From NCBI RefSeq assembly GCF_009914755.1, contig NC_060932.1: DNA of 64,000 nt. The stretch is one strand, 5' to 3'. Below, in pieces: positions 1-11,710 of the stretch; within the stretch, counting starts at the first letter, position 1; every line of letters begins with the position of its first letter. Made by a program: the position numbers and the translations under genes. The DNA comes from the human T2T-CHM13v2.0 reference genome, Homo sapiens. A model generated the notes under the pieces. The model ran no database searches. It saw only the letters and a list, made by a program, of their open reading frames with translations, and was not told the DNA's origin.

Positions 1-228
1 CCCAAATCTCACCTTTCATAGGTATTTGATTAAGAGTATCCAGTGGCTATATTTTGTATATCTCTATTGTTACACTGTGACATGAACTACCAATGCCCTT
101 TTTACCACTGGAATAGATCAATAGGTGTCTTTAAATCTAACCATATTAGGGAACCAATTTCAGAAACCCCAGAACCAATACAGAAAACTCACTCATTTGG
201 CTCTAGAACCCCTTCCGGTATCAAAATC
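1..228 (-). mobile_element. ERVL internal 5' end (ERVL-E/HERVL-like leader), runs off the window start
   Basis: Minus strand reads GATTTTGATACCGGAAGGGGTTCTAGAG...GGGGTTTCTGAAATTGG, matching the ERVL leader directly downstream of an MLT2 LTR. Confidence 0.7.
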
Positions 229-1023
229 TGTATCAGTTAGGGTTCTCTAGAGAAATATACATGGTGGGAGATATATATTAACATATTTATTACGAGTAAT
301 TGGCTTATATGATTGTGGGGGCTGGCTGGGCAAGCCAACTGTATTAGTCCATTCTCACTCTGCTATAAGGACATACCCAAGATTGGGTAATTTATCAATG
401 AAAGTGATTTAATTTACTCACAGTTCCCCAGGACTGGGGAGGCCTCAGGAAACTTACAATCATGGCAGAAGGGGAAGCAAACACATCTTCTTCACAAGGT
501 GGCAGGAGAGAGAAGAATGAGAGCCGAGCAAAGGGGGAGGCCCCTTATAAAACCATAAGCTCTTGTGAGAACTCACTATCACGAGAACAGGATGGGGAAA
601 AGCTCCCCCATAATTCAATTACCTTCACCTGGTCACTCCCATGACATGTGGGTATTATTGGAACTACAATTCAAGATGAGATTTGGGTGGGGACACAGCC
701 GAGCCATATTACCAATGTCCTCTAAAATCTGTAGGGAAAGCTACCAGGAAAGGCAGACTGGAACTGCTGGGCATGAGTTGAGCCTGTTGTCCACAGGCAG
801 AATTTCTTCTCTGTCTGAAACCCTCAGCACTGCTCTTAAGGCCTTTTAACACAATGAATTAGGCTACCCAGGTTTTCTAAGTCAAGCTCACTTACAGAAA
901 GGCATCTTATTATGAACTTTCATCATGTCTATTAATTGCCTTTACAGAACATCCAGATGGGGATCCAGGTTGAATAACTGAGGTTTTAGCCTAATCAAGC
1001 TGACAAGTAAAACTTACCATAAT
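229..1023 (-). mobile_element. MLT2-family ERVL 5' LTR, interrupted by THE1
   Basis: TGTATCAGTTAGGGTTCTCTAGAG terminus; resumes at ~717; ends CAAGCTGACAAGTAAAACTTACCAT. Confidence 0.7.
340..711 (-). mobile_element. THE1C/THE1D MaLR solo LTR
   Basis: TGTATTAGTCCATTCTCAC...GAGATTTGGGTGGGGACACAGCC; 5-bp TSD CCAAC (335-339)/CCAAT (712-716). Confidence 0.9.
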
Positions 1024-1139
1024 AGTGCTCATTAGAAATGGTGCTGCCTGAACTCATGAAAGATGTCTGACCATCATTCTGTCATACCCTGATAATACTG
1101 ATAAGAAAATTGGGAATCTAAGAGAACGTAAGGAGAGTG

Positions 1140-1611
1140 ATGGTGACATATTGAACCTAAGGTGATACTACATGATCCCTGTTTCTGGCATTACACTCTT
1201 ATTTTCCCCTCCTCTTCAATGTGGGTAGGACCTGTGACTTGTATCTAACCAATAGAATATGACAAAGGTAATAGGTTGTTATGTGATGTCATAGAAGACT
1301 CCATAGTACCAGCTGACTCAGTCTAGAATCTTGGTGTGCTTGCAGGCTTTGAAGAACAAGCTGCCATGAATCCTGCAGCTACAAGGAAATGAACTCTATT
1401 AACTTGAGTGAGCTTAAAACTAGATCCTTCCCCAGTCAAGCCTCCAGGTGAGAATTCAATCCTGGCTGGCACCTGGATTGCAGCTTACAGAAGACCCAGC
1501 TAAGGCCATGTCTGGACTTTAAATCCACAGGAACTGCAAGGTAACCAATGTGTGCTATTTTAAGCTATTAAGTTGTGGTGATTTGTTACACAGCAGTAGA
1601 AAGCTAATGAA
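1140..1611 (+). mobile_element. MLT1F/G-like MaLR LTR
   Basis: GTGGGTAGGACCTGTGACTTGTATCTAACCAATAGAATATG core; ends TTTGTTACACAGCAGTAGAAAGCTAAT. Confidence 0.75.
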
Positions 1612-2656
1612 TCCTGTCCTGCCTGGCCCCATGCCTTGTCCTTTCTCTGCTAAGCTATATGTTTCCAAGTAGAGTCCAACTACACTGTACTGCTTTAGAT
1701 GAAGGCACTCAGGGTCAGATGCAGGCTGCCAAGGACACAGTGTTTGTTATCAGCAGAGTGCTGAATTGGAAATTCTCTTCCACTGAAAATTTAAGGAAAC
1801 TAACTGAGGGGTTTGTGACAAACTTGAAAGCAGGAGTTAAAGTGGTTCTGCAGAAGCTGTTGCCGTTAATGGTGTTAAAAATGACCAGAAGGCAGAGAAA
1901 GATCAAGATAAATGACATTGTTTCACAACATAGAGACCTTTGGAAAATGAGAAAAGGATGGTTTCTGTGGTCTAAAGGGAGATAAATTAGATTATGTCAG
2001 GGAGAAAATGATGAGGTGCTCAGTATAATGTTTATAAGAATGCAGACATTTGAAATCTTAGGAAACTGTTATTGGAGACTTAATATGGCTTTTTACTTGT
2101 AAATCATACCTTTTTATAAAACAGTATATTAGAAAATATGATAGCAATTATGGCTACATAAATTCTTTTCATTTAACCTAAGCCTATGGGGATATCACAC
2201 AATTTTGAAAAAAAAAGCAACCTGTTCTTCATAAGAAATCCCCAATAGACCAGAGCAAAAGTTACTCTTCCTCACATGTAAATTTCCAGAATTAGATGGG
2301 AAATATAAGCAGCAGAGATATGGGGTTAGAGATCTGGGAACACCTGTCAGATGAGCACTAGGTCCCACAGGGGTTCTTGTCATTTAGTACAGACACACTA
2401 TCATTATTTCAGCAGAGTGGGAAGACCTGTTCTAACATGGAGCATCTGGGAGTGGAGTATGGAAACCACCACTCTTAGGACCAGAAAAACCAGTGTGAGA
2501 CTCCAAGTGAACCACTGCTACAAACTCAGAAAGATTGTAGCCATTTTTAAAAACTTGTTATTTTGATGTCAATGGCAAAACAGTGAGGGTATTTACTTTT
2601 TAAACCTTCTTCAAATAGGTAACTTTCATGTTCTTCTTGACACGGGCTAAAACTTA

Positions 2657-3019
<363 letters not shown>

Positions 3020-3269
3020 CTAATCCTAATGTTTTCAAAATGGGCAGAGTTGTCTCATCAATAGAAATGGTTTATAGGATTTAAAAGTAAATGGAAAAGT
3101 ATTATGTGTCAATGTGTCCAAGAATAAGAAAGGAAGGTTAATTGCACATTCAGGGGGAATCTAGTAGAAGAGAACCTAGAAAGCAAAATTGAAACAGCTT
3201 TTTTTTTTTTTAAAGAAATGATAACTTTATTTATATACATTCTTAAATAGCCAAAGTGATGGTAAACAT

Positions 3270-3322
3270 TTAGATTTTTCTTTTATTTTAGTTTCAGGGG
3301 TACTTGTGCAGGTTTGCTATAT
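3270..3322 (-). mobile_element. Short L1PA/PB 3' tip
   Basis: TTTTATTTTAGTTTCAGGGGTACTTGTGCAGGTTTGCTA. Confidence 0.55.
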
Positions 3323-3745
3323 TGAAGCAACTTTTATCCTCTAGTAACCTATGGCTATGAGTCTATTTTTGTGAATTGTTTTAAGTGCTACATCACTGAT
3401 ACTGTTAATGGCACAGTATGTGGAAAAGCAGACACTGATAACTTTGTGTTGAAATAGGATTCTGAATAGTTGGGTAGGAAATACAAAGAAGTCTTTGAAA
3501 TACTTTAACCAACTTATTTCACTTATGTTTTTCTTTTAATGTATGCATAAAAGTACTATATGATAAAAATCTGTGTCTAAACTTAAATAATACATTTCAA
3601 TAAATATAATTAAAGTTTCAAAATAATAAGGAAATGTTATTGTTGAATTCATAGCTATTTTTCTTCCTAGTAGTACGGAAAATAATGTTACCCCTGTAAA
3701 TAGATTACATCTTCAATTTGATGATCAAATAAGTTCAGTACTTAC

Positions 3746-3896
3746 GATTTTTCTTAGCATTAAGTAACAGGAATCTTTTTGTGGAAAGCAAACTAAGGTC
3801 CAAGAGATTTGCTTGTGTCTTCTTACAGAGAACTGTTTGATACACGCAACCAGGACTGTATGAGAGGCTGGAAACGTATCTATCAGTACTACTTAT
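3746..3896 (-). other. Candidate 151-nt spliced exon in unique sequence
   Basis: Minus-strand acceptor CTTTACTACAG| and donor AATC|GTAAGT; one frame open throughout; gene not recognised. Confidence 0.35.
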
Positions 3897-4469
3897 CTGT
3901 AGTAAAGACTTTTTTAAGCTCATTTATGATTGCACAACCTAAATAACCATACATGGCTGGGCCTGGGAAAGGCAGAAAGGCAGATGGGTGAGTATTTGCC
4001 TGAACTGAGTGATATAGGGCACAGTGCACTTGTAGGAGGAGGAGGGGGATTGAATGAAAACCAGAGGGCAGTTATTAAGGCAAGTGGAACTCTGGGGTTT
4101 AATCAGCAACATTTATTATAAGGTCATGAACAAATTTTATCCAACTCATGGGTCAATATCCTACTATTATAACAGGGATTCTATTGACACTTAGGGTGGT
4201 GACATCTTCATGGAATTGCTGATGTCTCTAATTTTTCAACTGGATCACTTGGCACTCATTTGCAGTTCCTTCCAAATGTAGACTCTAGTTCCTACCTGGT
4301 TCAGAATGCACAGGACAATGACTAGGGCTCAGATAAAATGTCTTGCTGTCAATCCCATATAGACCTTGGTGCAACTTTATTGTTTTTGCCTGGTATTCCA
4401 TTTCTTGCTTCTTAAATCTCAAGTAGATCCCTTAACTGGGTTCCTAAGACCAAAAGACAGTGCTTTTCA

Positions 4470-5770
4470 CCTACTACATACATGCTGCAAATATTTTCTC
4501 CCAGTTTGCCATCACATATTTCTGAAATGCAAAATATATATTTGAATATCATTTATTTTTTAACACAATTATACATAACATAGAATACATATAAGCTATA
4601 AAAACCACATATTTATGTAATTAAATATATTGTTATTATCTTTTATCACATCCAGATTTGATAAATGAATAGAACCTTTCCTTATCCATGGTGGGTTATG
4701 GAAGAACGCTTCCATGTGTTCTAGTACTTGCATGGTTTCATTTTTAACAATTATTTCTCAAGTCAGTTGGAATTTCTTATTTTGTATGGTGCAAGTTAAG
4801 GATCCAATTTCATCTTTTTTTCAAATGTCTTTGTTTTTGCTTGTTTTAGAGTCAGGCTCTCTCTCTGTCACCCAGGCTGGTGTGCAGTAACATAATCATA
4901 GCTCCCTGCAGCCTTGAACTCTGGGGGCTCAACCGATCCTCCTACCTCAGCCTCCTGAACTGTTAGGACTACAGTTGTATACCACCATGCCCAACTAATT
5001 TGTTTGTTTGTTTGTTTTTTGTAGAGATGGGGAAGGCTGTTGGCGGGGAAAGGTCTTGTTACATTGCCCAGGCTGGTCTTGAACTCCTGGGCTCAAGGGT
5101 TCCTCCTGCTTAAGGCTCCCAAAGTGCTGAAATTATAGATGTGAACTACTGCCCCTGTCCTCAAATGGCTTATTTTGAATTTTTTGCCCCAGTAATGTAA
5201 GACACCATCATCATCATACATTACATTCCCATTTTTTCTTGGATCAATTCCTGGACTCTGTATTTGATTCCACTGGCCCGTCAGTCTATTCAGGTGCCAG
5301 AACCACATTGCTTTAGTTATAGAGGCTTCAAAGTCTATTTTCGTATCTGGTAGGATTTCACTTCCTTATGGTTTTTATTTTTCAATGTTGTCATAACTAT
5401 TCTAACATTTTATTTTTTCCTATTGATTTTAGTATTGACTGGTCTAGCTCCATTAAAATGCCTGTCATTTATTTATTTTTAATCATGTTAAGTTTCTAAA
5501 TCAACTGAGGAAGAACTCATATACTAATGATGGGTTGAATCATCCTATCCCAAAGAGCAAAGGATGTCTTTGTGTTTATTGAAATCTTCTTCAGGAGTAT
5601 TTTAAAGTTTTCCTTATAGAGGTTTTGCAAATTTCTTGTTAAGCTCATTCTTAAGTATTTTATATTTTATTTTCTTGCTGGAAATGGGGCTCTCTCATAC
5701 ATTATATCTTCTGATTATTTTTTGTATTGAAGGCTACTGTTTCTTGTATGTTAATTTGACAGTCTGCTTT
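4470..5770 (-). mobile_element. Old L1ME/L1M5 ORF2 fragment, interrupted by Alu
   Basis: TGCAAATATTTTCTCCCAGTTTG, GGTGCAAGTTAAGGATCCAATTTCATC, ATTCTTAAGTATTTTATATT motifs. Confidence 0.7.
4832..5160 (-). mobile_element. AluJ
   Basis: J-type ATCATAGCTC..CTGCAGCCTTGAACTC; TSD TCAAATGTCTT (4821-4831)/TCAAATGGCTT (5161-5171). Confidence 0.93.
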
Positions 5771-5992
5771 ATTACTTAACTTTTGTTTAGTCTACTTTAA
5801 CTTTGTTTGCAAATGTACTATCTTTCTATAATATTTTGAGTTAAATGAACTTTTGGAAGATAGTCTGACCTCAAAAACACCATTGTTCTTCAGGAAAAAT
5901 ACATTGTGACTTTTAGAACACAACCCACACATAAAAATAATTGCTTGAATATTTTATCTATGAATATAAAGAAATGTAAAAACACCATATGT

Positions 5993-6300
5993 TATTTATT
6001 TATTTATTTACTGGAGACAGGGTCTCACTCTGTTGCCCAAGATGAAGTGCAATGGCACTGTCATAACTCACTGCAGCCTCCATCTCCTGGGCTCAAGTGA
6101 TCCTCCCACCTCAGCCTCCTGAGTAACTGGGACCACAGGCGTGCACCACCATGCCTGGCTAATATTTTTGGATTTAAAAAATAGAGACAAGGTCTTGCTA
6201 TGTTGCCCAGGCTGGTCTCAAACTCCTGACCTCATGTGATCTACCTGCCCCAGCCTCCCAAAGTGCTGGAATTATAGGTGCGAGCCACTGTGCCCAGGCT
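5993..6300 (-). mobile_element. AluJ (Jb-like)
   Basis: Full dimer; 15-bp TSD AAAAACACCATATGT (5978-5992)/AAAAACACTATATGT (6301-6315). Confidence 0.93.
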
Positions 6301-6315
6301 AAAAACACTATATGT

Positions 6316-7347
6316 CGTTTTAAAAAACTGTATGGCATGATATGTGCCACTTAATTTATATATTAATATTCTTTTATAGTTTGGATTTAGTGCTATTCCT
6401 TTGAATTTTTTTAAACTATAGTCTTGTTGTTAAACAAGAATGTGATTAGAGAAATTTGATATTTCCTTTAAGGAAAGACTTTCTTCGTTTTTTTCACATT
6501 AAATGATATATTAAATATTCTGTATATTTAAAGGTTTTTCCAAGTTTGTTGCAGTTTTGCAGTCTGGGTAATTCCTTTTGCTAAGGCAGCACACTTATTT
6601 AGTGAACAATAAATGCTTATCTAAAATATTTTAGGTTTGCTTTCTTCACCAGCTGCTGAGATATAATCTTTTTCAACTCAGCATATTGATTTTATGGCCC
6701 CTATCATAGCATCCCAGGTTTGGGAAACACCTCAAGAAGCAACTAGTCAGGATCCCTGGCTCCATAGGGAACCAAAGAATTTCACATGAAGATATCCTGC
6801 AATTTTTTTCAGAAGCACATTTTAGTGTTTAATAACCCATAATATGCTCAGATTTTTTTCCCGTTATCTATATTAAATAACCAAGGGTGCACAGATTTTG
6901 AATTTTAGTTCTAAATGACTGGAATAAATGATCTTTTCTAGGAAAACAGACCTCCACATAGGATCTGAAGAAGTGTTGTAAAATAAATGGAAAATATGAC
7001 CTCTCTTGCTGGAATAAGAGATTTTCAGTTAAGTGCCCATTTCCACAAAGTGTTTGTGCTGTAGTAAGTTGGGCGATTATCATCCATTGTCTTGGACTCA
7101 ACCTTCTTGGACTCTCATGAGTAACATTAGCACCGGGATCCAAACTGACAGCACAAGATGAACTATGACACGGAGTCCAAAGATTGTAGTTGTGCTGTCA
7201 GGGTGATGGGCTATGCACATGAACAGGCACTCCAGGTATGTGTCAGTAAGCACACTGGGTCGAAGCGGACAAGGACAGGCTGACTTACGGTGTCCGTTGT
7301 GCTTGTGCTGTCTGAGCAGAAACTCCCTCCATCCCTCAGCACCACTG
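6316..7347 (-). mobile_element. Possible degenerate hAT-Tip100 (Zaphod-like) DNA transposon 5' part
   Basis: Minus strand starts CAGTGGTGCTG (hAT-like TIR); frame-hopping translation gives PRQW...KHFVEMG..LKISY...RGHIF...IYSS...PWLFN, reminiscent of Tip100 TTF-finger N-termini; many stops. Confidence 0.35.
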
Positions 7348-7613
7348 TGAGTCTCATCCAGGGCAGGGTCCCCTGTTCTTTTGCTTATCCTCTAAATGCT
7401 GGTTTGTCTGATGGTTGACCTTGACATGTCTGATGCTATCTGATTGTGGACAGTCATGTGTTCGCAGGAATAGGCAGAAATTCTAGTGACTGGATAGCAT
7501 GGTGGTTAAGGGAGCAGTGCCATTCACCACCTGATTCCAACCCAACAGGAAGAATCATGGGCAATGTGTGTGGACAGTGTCTGGGAGAACCTCCCGAACA
7601 CGCAGGAGACTTC

Positions 7614-7760
7614 CTTTTTCTTTTTAAAAATAAATGTTATTGTGTATATTTGAGGTTTACAACATGAGGTTATGGGATTCCTGTAGATAGTACAATGGTT
7701 ACTATAGTGAAGCCATTGAACATAGCTATCACGTCATATGGTTACTTGGCATGTGTGTGT
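7614..7760 (-). mobile_element. L1MA9/10-like 3' end
   Basis: TTATTGTGTATATTTGAGGTTTACAACATG...GGTTACTATAGTGAAG. Confidence 0.7.
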
Positions 7761-7811
7761 GCAATAAACAAAGGCTTGTTGTCCTAAGCTGCTGGGATTT
7801 TTTTGGTTGTT

Positions 7812-8030
7812 TCTTTTTTTTTTTTTTTTTTTTAATTTTAAGTTCAGGGGTACAAGTGCAGGTTTGCTAGATAGGTAAACTTGTGTCATGGGGATTTGTT
7901 GTACAGACTATTTTATCACTCAGGTATTAAACCTAGTACCCATTAGCTGTTTTTGCTGATCCTCTCCCTCCTCCCACCATACACCTGCAAAGGCCCCAGT
8001 GTGTGTTGTATCCGTTTATGTAACCATATT
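7812..8030 (-). mobile_element. Old L1PA (PA13-16-like) 3' end with poly(A)
   Basis: Poly-T, then TTTAAGTTCAGGGGTACAAGTGCAGGTTTG...GGTATTAAACCTAGTACCCATTAG. Confidence 0.85.
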
Positions 8031-8477
8031 GTTTCTTACTGTGGTGTGACTTTGACTCTCCTGACCAATGCAATTTTGAATCACAATTGGAAGGTGCTGC
8101 ATCTTCCGCTTTTTAAATTTAACATTATGTCAAAAGCATATGGCAATATTTTAAACTAATCGCCCTTTTAAAATGAGGTAAGAGTCCCTTAAGTTGATGC
8201 ATCATCACTGACTCAACTAATTCCTTACGGTCAATTATTTAGATTTCCTCTCCTCTCCTAATTCATGGAACTTCTTCAGATTAATTTTCAAGAATGAGTT
8301 ATTGATTTTAATTAAATTATAAATTAACATATTTCTTCCTAGTCTCAAAACACGTAAAAGTTTGAACATCTGTAGTGGGTCACGCCAAGTGGAGCCAATG
8401 CACTGTAACTAACAGATGAACTTCACAAGCGTTGTAAATGTGCCATTGAATACAGGAGATAGGCCTATGCCAAGCAC

Positions 8478-8890
8478 CGTGCTGGAGTCTGTAGGTTCAC
8501 CATCCGGGGCTGGGGCGCTAGTCTCGCTTTTTGGCCAGAGAGTCGTGCGCCGTCACTGGTTTCTCATGGCAGCCACTCCAACCTGCGTGCGCCTTCCCTG
8601 ATGCGCCCTGCTAGTCGCTCTGCAGGACTCCTGCCTTGTGCGGAAGCTTCCTTAGGGCTGCAAAGACTGGAGGCTCTGAAGGATCTGATTGGCACTGGAG
8701 GAAGGGAGGCGTTACCGCCCCCTGTGAGAGCTCGACCAATGAGAGCTGGAAGCGGTGGGTACCCTCCGTAGATAACTCTTGCATCATGCCTCAGATAGAC
8801 GGTTTGAAGATACAGTCAACTTGTCACCAAAATGTGTCCCGTCCTCCAGTCATGCACTCTCTGTGTTCACCCTCCCTCCTTCCCGGCCTT
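8478..8890. promoter_or_regulatory. CpG-rich patch with two opposed CCAAT boxes (candidate promoter/enhancer)
   Basis: About 20 CpGs counted in ~410 bp; ATTGG 8688-8692, CCAAT 8736-8740, partial CTCF-like CGCCCCCTG 8716-8724. Confidence 0.4.
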
Positions 8891-8998
8891 TCTGCATTTC
8901 CCCTTCACTCCTGCTTCACTGGGATTGAGCTCCTCTCAAACATCTTGGCTTATGAAGATTTGCTCAGGCTTTGTTTTCTAGGGAAGCTGGCCATACAA
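8490..8998 (+). mobile_element. Ancient ERVL LTR (LTR16/LTR33-like)
   Basis: ACCAATGAGAGCTGGAAGCGGTGGGTA core; 3' end TTTGCTCAGGCTTTGTTTTCTAGGGAAG. Confidence 0.6.
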
Positions 8999-9090
8999 AT
9001 TACTATTATTTGAAAAGACACTGGAAAAATGAGGGGAAAAAGAGCTAAATTACTCTTTTTTTGTATTAGCACTTTGACACTACACTCACT

Positions 9091-9394
9091 TTTTATTTAT
9101 TTTTTTTTTTTGAGACGAAGTCTGGCTCTGTCACCTGAGCTGTAGTGCAGTAGCACAATCTTGGCTCACTGCAACCTCTGCCTCCCGAGTTCAAGCGATT
9201 CTCCTGCCTCAGCCTCCTGAGTAGCTGGGATTATGGCTGCCCGCCACCACACCCGGCTAATTTTTTGTATTTTTAGTAGAGACGGAGTTTCACCATGTTG
9301 GCCAGGGTGGTCTGGAACTCCTGACCTCAAGTGATCTGCCCGCCTCGGCCTCCCAAAATGCTGGGATTACAAGCGTGAGCCACCGTGTCCGGCC
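9091..9394 (-). mobile_element. AluS (Sz/Sx-like)
   Basis: Full dimer; CTGACCTCAAGTGAT; TSD TACACTCACT (9081-9090)/TACAATCACT (9395-9404). Confidence 0.95.
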
Positions 9395-10526
9395 TACAAT
9401 CACTATTGTAACATGGCTAAATATATTGCAAAGGAGGCCAAAGATCCTCATTCAAACTCATATTAACTTTATATCAACAAAAAGCTTTGGGGTTTGCACA
9501 GCTCAGCTCACAGAGGCTTTTTAAATATTCATAAGCACTAGAGATATACTTTGTGCATGTAACTGGGATACCTTGAGCAGCGGCAAAGAGAGAGAAAATT
9601 ATAACCTTTCAGGAGACGAAAAAAAAGGTAGATATGTTGGATGATGATTAGGTGCTAGGGGAGACTACTTGTATCTACTACATTTTTTTTAACTGTTGCT
9701 CTAACAAGATATGTAATTATAAGTAGAAGTGGAAGTAGTATATTTTATATAAACTAATAAAGAAAATATATTAAATATAAAAAACACAAATGTAATGCAT
9801 TTTGCCAATGGTTTTAGGTTCCTCGAACAAGTAGTTTGTTTATTTAAAGTTTATGGCTGAAAAGTATATCTAGGAAGAAATTAAAATCCTCTATAATGTT
9901 TGTCCTGAAAACTTAAGTCTTTTAAATCATGTGTACAGTTACAGCAGGCAAAACTATTTTTGTGTTATGCCCTTGAATAGTTCTTGCTCACCAATCATTT
10001 AAATTGTGTAGCTTTCACTTCAGTCCTTGTCATGACACATTAGGGTGAGGATGTGTGATGTACCTACCCAAGCGAGGCACTGTAGAACATGTCTCACTGT
10101 TTTGCCGCTGAGCAGATGAGAAGCTGGGTATTCATCCACCACTGTCCGTCTGTCATTGACTGAGTGCTGTTTCCAGAATCACTCACTCTCTTGCTTTGCG
10201 TGTGGGCACAGTGTGCCCACATCAATATCAAGCTGGGCAATGGATTCCTATATTTCTCAAACCCTATCATCCTATCATTCTGGTGGGTGTGTTCTGTATT
10301 TCTGAAAAAGCCCTTTCTTTCCAAGGGCTTTTGTGGGATCCTCTGGGAGCTCAGCTTCTTAGGCTAGAAGTGCCAGGGAATTACTTCACCAAATTCCCCC
10401 TTCTACTGGGGCTGCTGGTAAGTACCCTACCTCCTCCTGTAAGATACTGTAAAATTTGCAGGCATTTGTTTACCCTAATGCTACTCAAAATATGCTTTGT
10501 TTTCTAGTGCAAACACTTTATAGTCT

Positions 10527-10881
10527 TGTTAAATTAAGTTTAGCCTAAAGCTGTGTCCTCATGGATTTCAAGTTCAGCCTTTACATTACTCTGTATATAG
10601 TGAACTGTAACTTAACTAGATATGGAAACGGTCTGTAAAGTACTCTTGTACCAATAAGCTAGTTTCAGCCAATGAAAGGTGGCCAACTGTTCCAACCAGG
10701 TTCAAATAAGGCAAACACTGAGCTGTAACCAATCCAGTTGTTTTTGTACCTCACTTCTGCTTTCTGTACATCACTTTCCTTTTCCTAGTCATAAATCCCC
10801 TCCAAGCATGTGGCAGCACAGAGTCTCTCTGAACCTATTCTGATTCTGGTGGCTGCTCAATTTGCAAATCATTCCCCAACA
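10527..10881 (+). mobile_element. MER57 ERV1 5' LTR (U5 partly deleted)
   Basis: TGTTAAATTAAGTTTAGCCTAAAGCTG start; GTTCAAATAAGGCAAACACTGAGCTGTAACCAATCC. Confidence 0.85.
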
Positions 10882-11710
10882 GATGGTATCAGAAGTGGGA
10901 CCTGCAGTGGGGCATCTAGCAACCCCCAGGAGCATTGAGTGACCAGGCTTGGGACCCACCGGGCGCAGGGTGTCCATTGTTCTCTCGAAGCAACTGAGAA
11001 TTGTGGGTAAGTTTTCTCTTAGATTCTGAAGCTCCATGGAGTTCTGTTTTGAGTTCTTCCTTTATAGGCATCCTTGGGCATAGACATGGCTATTTGGTAT
11101 CCAGGATGACTGGGGAAGACAGGAAGGGTACCTGTAGTCATAGTTTCAAAATTATTTTCAGTAATTCATAATCTTAAAGTCATCTTATGTTAAATTAAGT
11201 AATAGATAATCATAAAATGGCTGAGTCATTTCTAAATAAGTTAAAATACTGAAACATTAATTATTAAACATAAATACAGGTTAACATATGTTGTTATCTT
11301 ATTTTCACATGATATAGAACAGCTACATATGTTTAGATCTGTTAAACAAAAAAGTGAGAAGCATAGCTTTCAAAAAATTATAAAGTGGTTTTCATCTTCA
11401 AATAGTTTTATAAAATAATTCAAAATTACTTCCTAGGGTTTTCACAAGCAATTAGGGTTACTAAGAGTTAAAATTGTAGTTAATATATGTAATTAAAACT
11501 ACTAGATATAAAAGAAACAATTCTGTATACAGAGTGTATAAAAATAGCAAGATATATTTTTGGTAAGAAAAGTTATAAAAGCATAAAAAATGTGCATTTG
11601 TCAAGAACATATAATTTTGTCCAGTTTAGAAGTTACTTAAAAGTCATTTCAAATTAAAAGAATAAAAAATATGTAGGTAAACTAAATAAATATAAAAAGT
11701 TGGAAATTAT
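10882..11710 (+). mobile_element. MER57/MER4-group internal sequence with tRNA-Leu-type PBS
   Basis: TGGTATCAGAAGTGGGAC (10884-10901) just after the LTR; AT-rich MER4-int-like tract. Confidence 0.7.

Noticed and set aside
1659-1985. 108-aa ORF in apparently unique sequence
   Set aside because: No recognisable domain or convincing splice/promoter context; this length is expected by chance in 64 kb.
10884-10901. tRNA-like matches here and at 20009-20029
   Set aside because: These are 18-21-nt retroviral primer-binding sites next to LTRs, not tRNA genes.
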